A DNA stretch of 64,000 nucleotides from Carcharhinus longimanus (lineage: Eukaryota), in the NCBI GenBank assembly GCA_030264375.1, contig JASCQW010000027.1, positions 100,592,214 through 100,656,213 on the forward strand, read 5' to 3'. The notes below the pieces were generated by a model. The model did not search any database. It was not told the DNA's origin and saw only the letters and a list, made by a program, of their open reading frames with translations. This document shows positions 11,645 to 23,145 of the stretch, in pieces; the first letter of the stretch is position 1, and the number at the start of each line of letters is the position of its first letter. The position numbers and the translations under genes are program-made.

Positions 11645-11785
11645 TCAGAACCTTGCTGTGTGCAAATTGACTACATTATTTCCTAAGCTGCAAAAGTGAC
11701 TGCACTTCAAAATAGTATTCAATTGACTGAGAAGATGCTTTGGGATGTCCTGATAGGTGCGAGGTAAATGCAAGTTATTTCTTTT
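11645..11785 (+). mobile_element. Deu-domain SINE (SacSINE1/AmnSINE1-like) 3' part
   Basis: CCTTGCTGTGTGCAAATTGACT...GTGACTGCACTTCAAAA...GCTTTGGGATGTCCTGA...TAAATGCAAGTT resembles recalled DeuSINE consensus. Confidence 0.65.
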
Positions 11786-12317
11786 TATTGGAAGTATCTT
11801 TCATCCAAATAACCAGGGCAAAGGTATTTAAATTTTGAGGGAAGGTCATTGAGTCCCTGGAAAGACGGGAAAGAAAAAGACGCCAAATTCACTGTGATGA
11901 ACATGGCATCAGTGTACTCCTCAGATCTTGATTCTTCTGTTAAACATAAAGTTAAAGTAGCATCACTGTCATTAATCCAGTCATGTGTTACCAAAGTCGT
12001 TTTGGATTTGGCAGCCTGATTGGTTGGTTGTCAGCGTCCCTTTAGAATGCTTGATCATGTTGTCAAGTTCAGATATGCACGGCTCTTCAAAAGAAAGGAG
12101 TCTTTGCCTTTTCAATTGAGGGTGCAGAGTCAACCAGTTTGTTCCAAATAAAGGAACATTTGCAATTAGATTATTTTCTCTAGGATTGAGGGAGAAATGT
12201 GGTTTGAAATTTATTGATTTGATGTAAGCCTAACTGTTCATTTAAATATCCAGTTAATGACTGCAGTATACTTTTTTTTATAGATCCTGAATTTTCAGCA
12301 AGTCATGTTTTCCTTTT

Positions 12318-12520
12318 AAAGGTAAAGGCTGCTCTCCCCTTTGAGTGGGAGAGCTGACTGCCGACGATTTTTACCTGAGGATCACCACACATTAGGCAAG
12401 GGGCAAGGTTGAGAAAGCAGGGCCTTGATGAATAATCTCAGCCGGTGCAGGAATTGAACCCATGCTGTTGGCGTTGCTCTGCGTCACTAACCAGCCATCC
12501 ATCCGACTGAGCTAAACTCA
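12318..12520 (-). mobile_element. tRNA-derived SINE ending in CCTTTACCTTT
   Basis: Minus strand TAGCTCAGTCGG (A box) ... GGGTTCAATTCC (B box) ... GGGGAGAGCAGCCTTTACCTTT. Confidence 0.7.
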
Positions 12521-12834
12521 GTTAAAGCTCAGTGGTCCATCCACCGAGCTGAGAGCTTCCTCATGTGACAGTCCAAAAAAGCCTCCAAATTGAAGCCTCT
12601 GTTCCTTGAATTTATCCTCAGTGAACGGAAGTGGGTCGCCAATTCACATCCTGGCCTCGCTCTGAGAAACATCATCATTGATGGAAACGTGTCTGGAAGC
12701 CATCCTGACACTGTTCCTTGCATTTTTCCTGAAGCCCAGCCCAGCCCTCCCCCCACAACTCCCTCCTCTCCCAAAAAATCACCACTACAGGGTCAGAAAG
12801 ATTCAGTTCAAAGTGTTCATCGACTCAGAAAATA

Positions 12835-13011
12835 CCAAGTGTGCAGAAGAAGGCCATTCAGCCCATCGAGCCTGCACCAACAAATATTCCACCCAGGCTC
12901 AATCCCTGTAAACCAATGCATGTAGTTTGCTAATCCCCCTGACACTAAGGAACAATTTAGCATGGCCAATCCATCTGCCCTTGACTGTGGGAGGGAACCA
13001 GAGGAAACCCA
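12835..13011 (-). mobile_element. HE1-type V-SINE, 5'-truncated, CR1-like tail
   Basis: Antisense GAAGGCCATTCAGCCCATCGAGCCTGCACC...AATTTAGCATGGCCAATCC. Confidence 0.8.
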
Positions 13012-13762
13012 TGTCTCATTTAATTGTTAACATTTCTTGTTTAAATCCAGACTACCGTTTGTATCTAAAGACTGGTCTCTGTCAGGTACTGTTTCACAAC
13101 ACAAGTTCGCAATCAGCAGCAATTTATTTTTCAGTAACTGGCATCATGCATGTGGCGTGATTATTGACCTTACTTTAATCTGCATGAAAGCCATGGTTAA
13201 ACAGCAAGAAGTGTGGATCTTGGTTCAAGTGTGCCTCGAATGGGCCAGTAAAAAAGTTACTATAAATCAACACAACTTCTAGCTTCATGGATGTCCGTCA
13301 TTTAATTTAAACTTCACTAGTCCTTTAATGGAGCATGACATCAGAATATTATTAAATGTGTAGCATGAGAAGACAGACTTGATGGCATTCTGACCCCTAT
13401 TTAATGTCCTGTCAGATTTAATAAGCTGCCATTGCTGAGCCAAAGAATTCACAATTGCCATGTATTTCAGTGGAGCATTAGGCCACCCATGATTTATGAC
13501 ATTTCCAGAAGAACATTCCATTCGCCTTTTTAGAAACACATCTTGCTGCCCATCCCCACACCATTCCACAGTGTAGATTTTTTACTGACCTCATTCACAC
13601 AACTTAGTGATTATCAGAACTTTTTTGAACAGGAGTTGAAAGTCGCATGTACTGTAACTGCAACAGAAATGGTGCAATGAAAATATATTAGAAATGAACT
13701 GTTTTGGCATCTAGCAATCATCAATATATTTAATAATAGATAAATAATGAGGCAGCATATGA

Positions 13763-14180
13763 GTGGCGTGGTAGCACAGTGGTTAGTGCTGCTGCCTCAC
13801 AGTGCCAGGGATCCGGGTTCAATTCCAAGTGTCTGTGTGGAGTTTTCACTTTCTCCCCTTTGTCTGCGTGGGTTTCCTCCGGGTGCTTTGGTTTCCTCCC
13901 ACACTCCAAAGATCTGCGGGCTAGGTTGATTGGCCATGCTAAATTGACCCTCGCGTCAGGGGGATTAGCATGGTAAATGTGTGGAGTTTCAGGAATAGGG
14001 CCGGGGTGGNNNNNNNNNNNNNNNNNNNNNNNNNNNNNNNNNNNNNNNNNNNNNNNNNNNNNNNNNNNNNNNNNNNNNNNNNNNNNNNNNNNNNNNNNNN
14101 NNNNNNNNNCGGGATTGCGGTCGGTGCAGACTCGATAGACTAAATAGCCTCCTGCACTGTAGGATTCAATGATTCTATGC
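13763..14180 (+). mobile_element. HE1-type V-SINE with CR1-like tail (contains an N gap)
   Basis: GTAGCACAGTGGTTAGTGCTGCTGCCTCACAG...GGGTTCAATTCC...V-domain GGGTTTCCTCCGGGTGCT...GGTGCAGACTCGAT...GATTCTATG. Confidence 0.9.
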
Positions 14181-14289
14181 CGTGTTTGCACTTTGTGAAC
14201 TACCTCTCTGAGATTGACTCTGCATAGCCTCAATGTGGACTAAGCAGAAAAAGGAGCATCTGATTTATACCAGCCCGATAATGTGAGGG

Positions 14290-14880
14290 AGAATCAGCTT
14301 GGAATATAAATGTGCAGAGGAGAAATGGAAAGGAAATAAGAAGGCAAAAGGGACAGTATGAATATAGATTGATGGCTAACATAAAATGGACCTAACAGTA
14401 TTTGAGAGACATATTCACAGCAAAAGGCATGTCAGATTCCAGGCCAAAATTAAGATCTACTTATGGATGTGGAACACATGATTGAATGACTGAATAAGAA
14501 GCCAGCATTAGTATTTATCAAGGAGGAGGATTTTGCGAAGATTGTTGGTTTACTGAAGGAGATAAAAATGGAGAAAGAGGAACTCCTCAAAACGCTGACA
14601 GCAGTTCATGTGGTCATGTCACCCCATCCAGAAGGAATACATCTTAAATTGCTGAGGGAGTAAGTGTCAAAGTTGCAGAGATGCTTGCCACAATCTGACA
14701 ATTCTCCAGAAGACAGGAAGATTACAAATCATTGTTCAAAGAAGGATGAACCTGGCAATTACAAGTCCGTCAGTTTAACATTGATGATGGTGAAGCTTTC
14801 AGAAGGAACGATCCAAGGGAGAGTTAACAGCCATTTGGACAAGCATGGACTAATAAAAGACAGTCAGAGCAAATTTATTG
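14290..14880 (+). mobile_element. Old CR1 ORF2 internal fragment
   Basis: KKDEPGNYKSVSLTLMMVKLSE...HLDKHGLIKDSQ resembles CR1 RT motif PGNYRPVSLTSVVGK...SQHGF. Confidence 0.8.
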
Positions 14881-16534
14881 GCCTGGTCATTCCCCCATCA
14901 TTGGATTGCATTCAACTTGAACATTTCCTCATCTCAATGCTGTTCCACATTGCTTGTCAGGTCTTCCAAGCCTGATTTCTCCAGGAATCTCCTTGGAGAA
15001 CTCCTTCGCAACACTGTCACATCATGAGGAAAATAGATCCACATCCCCTTTATGGGGCACTAGCTGCTGTAAGGTAAGTTCAAAGGTCCATTGTGAAGGT
15101 TCCTGAATGGATGAATTTTGGTGAATAGGTGAGTGGCCAAATGTGTGAAAGGATAGGGTGGTAGGATGGGTGATGTAAGTGTGGCAGGTAGGTAGTGTAG
15201 CGAATGGATTCAGGAGATGGCGATCGAGTCAGGAGAAATAGTCACGTCGGGCCTGGTCAGGTAGAGTAGATTTAATTATTGTGCTACAGTGTTTAATCTT
15301 TTGCTGGTTAATGTTTAATGCAAGTTGAAGAGGAATTGTTAAAAAAATCACATCTAACAGGAACAAAACAATCCTTAATTACTTTTACCATTGAAACTTC
15401 GGTTGCTGAGAAGGAAATTGAATTAATCACACTTTTGTTGATCAGAATCAAGCTCCAGCTTTGAAGCTTGGATGTCCCTGTCCATTGGACTCTGATCCCA
15501 GTTCTCTTGTGTATAGTTAGTTTAAGTAGAAATACCAACTTGATTTCAGGGGCAATTTAGACACACAAGCCACAGCAATCCGAGGACACGTACTACAATA
15601 CACTTGATCACTGCTCGTTTATCAAAGCAAAGAGGTTTAAATGTAATACTTACATTGTTCAGGTCCGATGACTGGTGTTTTGATACCAAATGCATGTTTA
15701 TGTTGCTGCAACAAGATTCCCTCAGGCAAAACCTTCAACTCACATGTTATACATCAATACTTCCAAAGGCCATGGCATAGTGTCACTGTTAAAGTTTCAA
15801 CATAAACAGAAGTTGTTGATGATAAAGGAATTACTTGTGATAGGCAAACGTGAAGTCAGAGTACAAAGATATGGTCATCTCCTGGAACACAATCTATTGA
15901 GTCATTAATTGTAAAAATGCCAGGTGACCTGACTGATGTTTTTCCTTCTGCCAGCATGTGTTCCCTAGTTTGTTCCTCAGGGGTTCATATTCAGTCGGGC
16001 CCACTACTGGCAGCAGACCGGAGGAGAACACATTGCTGCCAACGGGGAGGCCACTGAGTTAGCTGAGAAAAAAATGGAGTCAATCCCATGGCTGAAGATT
16101 GTATATCAGCTCTTTGAAGAGCAAGGTGGTTGTGTTTGCCCTGATTGAGGACGATAGCAACAAATGTAGCCCTTGGGTGTGGATCATATGGACACAGTGG
16201 CCCCAAGAGGAGAATTAATTATCTGCTGTGACTGGTATTACACAGCCTTTTCTGAATTCTGAATGTAACTAGTACCTATGACCATTATGAGACCCAGCAG
16301 TATCCATGCCTGCTAACAGGAGCCATTGGACTGAATTTGCTGGGGTATCCTGAGAACAGCCAGCAACAGCACATGGGATTAATTTTTCTAACTTTTGACT
16401 GTCTGCTTGGGCTGATCTCCTGGTTGCAGTTTCTGGTGCAATAGTTTCTTTGTTTGAACAGACAAAACTGAAGAAGAAGGCATCCGCCAGAGTATTGGCC
16501 TGCATTAATAGATCTGCTGTTGGCAGAATCTCCA

Positions 16535-16787
16535 AGGTGATGTTGAGGGGGTTGAGCTATGAGGAGAGGCTGAATAAACTAGGCTTGTACTCGTTAGAGT
16601 TTAGAAGAATGAGGGNNNNNNNNNNNNNNNNNNNNNNNNNNNNNNNNNNNNNNNNNNNNNNNNNNNNNNNNNNNNNNNNNNNNNNNNNNNNNNNNNNNNN
16701 NNNNNNNNNNNNNNNTTATTGAATGGCGGGGCAGGCTCGAAGGGCTAGATGGCCTACTCCTGCTCCTATTTCTTATGTTCTTATGTT
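16535..16787 (+). mobile_element. Young CR1 3' end (contains a gap), TTCTTATG tail
   Basis: LRGLSYEERLNKLGLYSLEFRRMR; tail GGCCTACTCCTGCTCCTATTTCTTATGTTCTTATG. Confidence 0.9.
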
Positions 16788-17349
16788 ACAGTTGCCTGAG
16801 AGCAGCACACAGGCCTCAGTACTAAAAACATATGCTAGCTGGGGAGACATGAAGGGAGAAGGTAAGTTAAAGAACTTGCATTCACTGGTAATAAATTTAA
16901 GCATTTAAGAATTGATCATGGCATTTACCTTCTTGTGGGGGAAAAAACACTATATTGCAAATAGCAATGCAATACAGCAATGAACCCTTAGAGGACACCT
17001 TTCTATGCCATAACGATGTCACAGACTCCCTGTAATACAAGTATCTTTCTGTATCTCAATCAGATTTTCAATCCTACATATGTTTTTATTACTCTTATTT
17101 TATTTGCTTAGTGTGCAATGTGTTATAGGTGCTGAACAGCAATTCTGTGGAGTCAAGGTGTCATCTTCACAAGCACAGGTACATATTAAGGTCAACATTC
17201 ATCCTCGTTTGGCACTTGGTTTTTAAAACTGCAAATCCAGCTTCATTTCGCTTAGGTTGAACAAGGTGGGGCAAAGAATTCCAATAAAACAGATGAAGTA
17301 CCGTTTTACTTATTGAAGCATTGGAAGCCGGAGTCATCACTGTCTCCTG

Positions 17350-17490
17350 AATGTTCTCTGCCTGTGCTACCCAAAGCCCCCAGTGCATGTTATCCTTACT
17401 GCGTGCGTTACTCAGAACTGTCACTGCCTGCAATACCCCAAACCCTTGCTGGCTGCGTTACCCGTAACCCTCGCTGGCTGCGTCGCCCGC
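17350..17490. repeat. Degenerate ~25-bp minisatellite
   Basis: Units AACCCTTGCTGGCTGCGTTACCCGT (17441-17465) and AACCCTCGCTGGCTGCGTCGCCCGC (17466-17490); more diverged units upstream. Confidence 0.6.
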
Positions 17491-17499
17491 CGGCGCAGC

Positions 17500-17600
17500 T
17501 GGCTCTATTCCCTTAGCAGAGATGCTGTCAGACCTGCTGAGATTTTCCAGCATTTTCTGCTCTTGTTTCGATGCCAACATCCACAACATTTTGCTTTTGT
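17500..17600 (+). mobile_element. Fragment of a second Penelope-like terminal-repeat family
   Basis: CAGAGATGCTGTCAGACCTGCTGAGATTTTCCAGCATTTTCTG shared with 54360-54403. Confidence 0.55.
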
Positions 17601-18026
17601 CAACATTTTAATCTCATTGACTGTGGGCAGGGTGTACTGATATCACTGAGGAGATTCCTGTGAAATGCATCAGCTAGCCACCATTGATCGCCGGCCAGTT
17701 GTTCTATTTGTAGGAATCGATCAGGAGATGTATTTTTGTCTTTAATACTGTCCCAACAGAGGTACAACATCAACACAGTAGCTTATCTGGTCCATATTAT
17801 AAATTGCTTTTAAACTACATGTTTTAGTGCAGAAACCTATAAAGCACAGTAAAACACTTAATTTTGCAAAAGCTGCTGCATTTATTCAACCAATAAACAT
17901 TTTGCAGCCCTTGATGTGCTCCTGCAGACTCCAACACAAGCCTTTCTCCAACCTTGCCGTAACTCAATAATGTAAAAAGAAAGAAAATAAAGGCCTAGGT
18001 TTATATGCCATCATTAATGGTGTCTG

Positions 18027-18398
18027 AAGTCTCACAACACCAGGTTAAAGTCCAACAGGTTTACTTAGTCGCACAAGCCACTAGCTTTCGGAGCGCCGCT
18101 CCTTCATCAGATGAGCATGAGGTGAAGTCATGAAGGAGTGGCGCTCGAAAAGCGAGTGGCTTGTGCTACCAAATAAACCTGTTGGACTTTAACCTGGTGT
18201 TGTGAGACTTCTTACTGTGTTTACCNNNNNNNNNNNNNNNNNNNNNNNNNNNNNNNNNNNNNNNNNNNNNNNNNNNNNNNNNNNNNNNNNNNNNNNNNNN
18301 NNNNNNNNNNNNNNNNNNNNNNNNNGTTGGACTTTAACCTGGTGTTGTGAGACTTCTTACTGTGTTTACCCCAGTCCAACGCCAGCATCTCCACATCA
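18027..18398. mobile_element. Palindromic Penelope-like non-autonomous element (inverted pseudo-LTR pair)
   Basis: ~80-bp inverted arms 18027-18108 and 18129-18210, then ~40-nt unpaired tail ending CATCTCCACATCA; N gap 18226-18325. Confidence 0.8.
18079..18113 (-). ncRNA. Minimal type I hammerhead ribozyme motif
   Basis: Minus strand CAT-CTGATGA-A-GGAGC-GGC-GCTCC-GAAA-GCT-A-GTG: conserved CUGAUGA and GAAA core, 5-bp stem II, palindromic AGCU stem III, UH site (CUA), short stem I. Confidence 0.7.
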
Positions 18399-18839
18399 TT
18401 ATTGATGGCACCATAGGGCTTTACGACCAGCGAAGTGCGTCCCTGTTGTAGGATGTTTCCAGCCACTGAAAAATCATTCTCCAATGGACTAAGTCTGCTC
18501 ATGTCTGAATTCTCCTTGTTTTAATGAGATGTAATTGCAAGCATGGGGAGCAAGAACTGGAGCAACTGAATGTGCATGTTTGCAACTTGAAAGTAAATGC
18601 TAATTGGCAATTTTACATTTGAGCGGTTGCTTCCAAGTCACGTTGGCGAGGCTGTCGAGGTTTTGGTTGTCAGCCAGATCATGCAAGGAGGCCTGCACTG
18701 CCTGAGAAAGTGGTGCATCCTGCTCCTCTTTGCACACCACATTTCCAATGGGTATTCTCCTTGTCCATTTATATTGAATTAAGTTTTGTTCAATGAGCCT
18801 CCACTCACATGGAATTAGATTGAATCTGCCTAAACTAAT

Positions 18840-19012
18840 TTTATGATGGATCCCAGCTGATTTTATGGAAGAGTCCAAAACTAGAAGTTATAGATGTAAA
18901 ATATCGTCATTAATAAATCAAATAAGGATTTCAAGAGCAACTACTTAACCTAAAATTTGGTCACAATGTGGAACTTACCCGCTCAAGGATTAGTTGTGGT
19001 GAACAGCATAGA
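18840..19012 (+). mobile_element. Degenerate CR1 3' fragment
   Basis: GAGTCCAAAACTAGAAGTTATAG...AATGTGGAACTTACC...GTTGTGGTGAACAGCATAGAT (TRGH...WNxLP region). Confidence 0.55.
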
Positions 19013-19410
19013 TAGAATCATAGAACCAAAAGAACGTTTGTGGCAGAAAGAGGCCACTTGGCCCATCGTGTCTGTTCTGGCCAAAAAATGAGCCACCCGT
19101 CCTAATCCCACTTTCCAGCATTTAGTCCACAGTTTTCAGAATATGACACTTGAATTGCACATTCAAACATCTTTTAACTGATTTGAGCTTTTCTCCCTGT
19201 AAAACCCTTTCAGGCAGTGTTTCCACAACCATCTGGGTGGAAACTATTTTCCTCGTCTCCCTTTAATCTTTCTGTCAATCACTTTACATCTCTGCCCTCT
19301 AGTCACTGACCTCTCTGCTATAGTAAATTGGCCCTTCCTATTCGCTCTATTTTCTTGTACAAGAAAATCTCCCCTGAACCTCTTCCATTCCATGAAGAAC
19401 AAACTCATTT
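19013..19410 (-). mobile_element. CR1 3' fragment
   Basis: Antisense tail AGAATCATAGAA...GAGGCCACTTGGCCCATCGTGTCTG...ACCCTTTCAGGCAGTG. Confidence 0.7.
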
Positions 19411-22400
19411 GAAGATACTTCTGAAGAAATGCTTGCTAAGTACATAAAGGAGAAAGTAACAGAAGGACATGCTGATAGATTTCAATTGAGTCAGGTGGAA
19501 CAGAAACATAGATAGAGGCTGAAATGTAAGTCATCCAGACATGGACAGAAACAAAAGTGGAACAGTACTGACACATCCTAGAGTGCTTAGCATGTGTCTG
19601 AATTCATTTGCAAACTTTCCTCTTGATGCAGGAGGAGAGATTAGTTATGTCTAGTGGATTGCTATATTGCCACATTGTAGTCTGTGGTCAAGAAACTCGT
19701 CCCAATCACAACAAGTAAATGGATTTCCATTTAAAAACAAAATGTATTGGCTAGATTTTCTTCCTCAAGATGGATAACAAGATCTGGGAGAATTCCCAGC
19801 CATGCCTCATTATGTACTGTCGGCTGAGAGTCAGTTGGAGTGCTTAAACATTTGACCCCAGGGAAAATGTTGCTTGACAGACAGCTCTGGTTCTCTGATC
19901 TCTTCTGTCAATTGCACAGTGGTTAGTTGCACAAGATAGAGATGTTTCAAGTGCTTACAGTTTAACATATTGATGCAAGGCTCTCAATGACTGACACTTT
20001 TATTGGCCTGTCGTAAAAAGGAGCATCTTGAAGAAAGTGAGAAGTTATTCATTAATTACTTTTTGAATTTTTTCAAACATTCTATTGTCACGGTAAGTCC
20101 AGTGAAGAGTGGGTAAATGGGCATGGAGGTGCTGTAGCATGTTATACATTGGCATGGGGTTTTGAAGGGCTGTAAAGGATAGGTGGGGCAGTATACCTTA
20201 GCATGGAGGACACAAGGAAAAATAATTTGTACGTGCCTTTCAAAAAGTTTCCTTGTGCAACTATGGTCCATGACATTTCTGAGGTGTAGTGAACAACAAA
20301 TTTGAAAAGCTGGCATGTAGAGCAGTAGGACTTGCCTATCCATACATTGAACCAGCTAAATCAGGATCACATTTGGTGATCCCAAGCAGCCGGGACTCTC
20401 AAAAGGCACTCCTGAAATTCAGAAACCTCAGGAATGCAGTCAGCAATCATGGAACTGGGTCCTGGCTGTCTTTTTCACCCCTCCATCAAGTGTTCCCAAC
20501 TCTGAGAATCCAACCCTGTTTCTTTGCCACAGTAGTTAAAACTTTGACATGTGGAGTATATTAGGTGCATCCTACTCTTTCTGCAAACATGTTTTTGTCC
20601 TGCCCTCCGGCACACGGGAAATCATAGTGCTATATAAAATGTGGCAGCTTTCCTAGGTTCATCCATAGAACAGAAATGCTATAAAAAGTGAATGCATGTA
20701 TTGATCAAGAGGAAAATAGCTCTCACTTTAATTTGCATTTGCTGCTAAACTGTTTTATGACATTCCGTTGCCCTGTGGTGTCTATATTTTGAACAGAACA
20801 TTGAGATTTTGCAATATCGAGGTATCACCAAACCTCTGACTCGACTGCATTTGTTTTCACAGCTCAGCTGTGATTAGTATGGATAGAATCAACTACCACT
20901 CGCCCTTATTTCACTATAATCCCTCAGGCACTTTATTATTTCTGCTACATTGCCGGACAGCATAGGAGGAGCCTCCCTGTCTGCTCCTGAAACTACTATT
21001 AACTGTCACAATCACCAAAACGTTATAATGAAGTGCCACAGGACTCACTCAGGTGGAGATGATTTATACCTCAGCGAGTGCGTCATTCATTAAGACTATC
21101 ATAACACTGACATTACAGTCTCTTTCCTTTGACATTTATATTGGTGTAAATCTGGCATCCACTTTTAAATATAATAGTACTTATATGCATGCTTTACATT
21201 AACATGAAGATTGCCACTGCTTCTCAGTGAAAATTGGGTCATTCATCATGATTTATAGAAGTTAGAAAAGGGATGTTTCTGATTACAAATAGATTAATAA
21301 TTTTATGACCATGAGTGTGATAACAGTATTGATTAAAACATTGATTTTGTTCGTGTAAGTTGAATAATGCTTGCAAATAATCGTGTATCACAAGAGTTGA
21401 AATTTAATGATGCTAAACTAGCAGAAGTAGCTGAATGAGGTTATTAGTTATCCAACACAAGTCCAACCAACAGTGGAGATTCCTGTGATTTCTGGCATTT
21501 GTTGCAGGACATTTAGAACAGCATGAAATCCTCAAATCTTCCTCCATGTGGAAGCCCAGGGGAACAAGTTGAGGCAACGGCATGTATCACTGTATTTTTA
21601 AGTGTTCCAACCTTGGTCTCATTGACAAACTTTCTTTTGATTCCTAAGGATGAGAGAGAAAACATAGTCCTTACGACATTTTGTTCTAAGCTTTTGCTCA
21701 GGAATCTTGGTTTGAATCTAACCTAGACAATGGAACAGAGCTTTCCTTTCTCTGCTGGCTGTAAAAGTCCAGCAGGGGTTGGTTTTGTACACCCAAAAAT
21801 CAGGTTCTCATGGATATGAGTCTAGAAATTCCCTCATTTTTCTTTTAGGCGAACTATAACTTGTAATATGAGCGCCGAGAGAGGCTAAAATGTGGTTGTG
21901 TGAAAAACTTAAAACAATAATCAGCTGTGCTGTCTTCACATTGGAGTTAAGGGCTTAGTCATGAATCCTGAACTCAAAATGGTTGACCCTGACACTGTTG
22001 TGTAGAAGTGAGAAATGTTGCAGCTCCAACAATTGCATTGGACAGTCAAAAGAAGTCATGTTGTAGATCGCTAACAAGGGAGTTTGAGATCATAAGGGAA
22101 ATGTAATGGAGGATGGATTTAGTGCTACATATAAATTACACAGGAATTGTGAGAATAGTGAGTAAAATCTCTGGGTTCAATTGCCCAGATGGGTCAACAT
22201 TGACATTTCCAGAGTTCCATTTCCCTTAGCAATTTGGAGCTTTTCTTGAAAACGTCTGGTTGTGTGGGAGGAAGTAATGCTCAATCCAACAGAATTGTTT
22301 TGCAGACTACATAGACTAACCAGTCTGCTTCGGTCCACCATTTACGGAGGGTTGTATGTTCAACACAGTCAGGTAAATTTGGATGTTGTGCAATTATATT

Positions 22401-23145
22401 AAAGGAATGATAGTGAATTGCCAGCCTTTTTACTTCTCTCCCAATTCCAGGAGAGATAGAGAAAGGGCTGACTTACACCATTGCACAAAGTCAAAATTAA
22501 TCCAGTTTAGTGGGAAGATGAGCAATTATGAAACTGTGCATAGGCAGATTATGAAGTGCTAATAATTGAATAGCTGATGACTTTTGGCGCCTATTCAACT
22601 TAAAACATTAACTTTGAGAATGTAATCATCATTAACAAAAATGACTTTGTGTTATGGGTTTTCTGTAAATTTGTCTCTAATCTTGCTGGTTTGTACATGC
22701 ATGATAAGAAAATAATGAATGCCCAGGAGTGATTACGAGGCAGTAATCTAATCAAAGGGTTCAGATCACATTATAAGATGCAATGAAAAAGTTTGAACTT
22801 TACATAATCTTTACCTTGAGATTGAATTCTTGCTCATTCCAGGGCAACAGTTATCCTGACAATGTGTATTATCACTAAGCTACTTATTTTATTTCATGTC
22901 TGTATTGAACAATAGTTAAAGTGAATCTCTGGTTTTATGTAACTTTGACCTGACTCCCACATGCTTTTTTTCTTCATACTCAAACCTTCATTAACTGGAC
23001 TATGTCATGCAAATGATCTTTTTTAAAGAAAAGGCATTGTTAACATTTTACCATTTTCAAAATATTCTCACTGTCATTTTTTCACATGTATGAAAATTTA
23101 GCTTTCTCTGTTGGCTTTACAATATTATGTTTAACTTATTGATTC

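Noticed and set aside
18027-18225. Long hairpin as a pre-miRNA or DNA-transposon MITE
   Set aside because: Multi-copy, asymmetric tail, long variable flanking duplications in sister copies and a hammerhead core fit a Penelope-like origin better.
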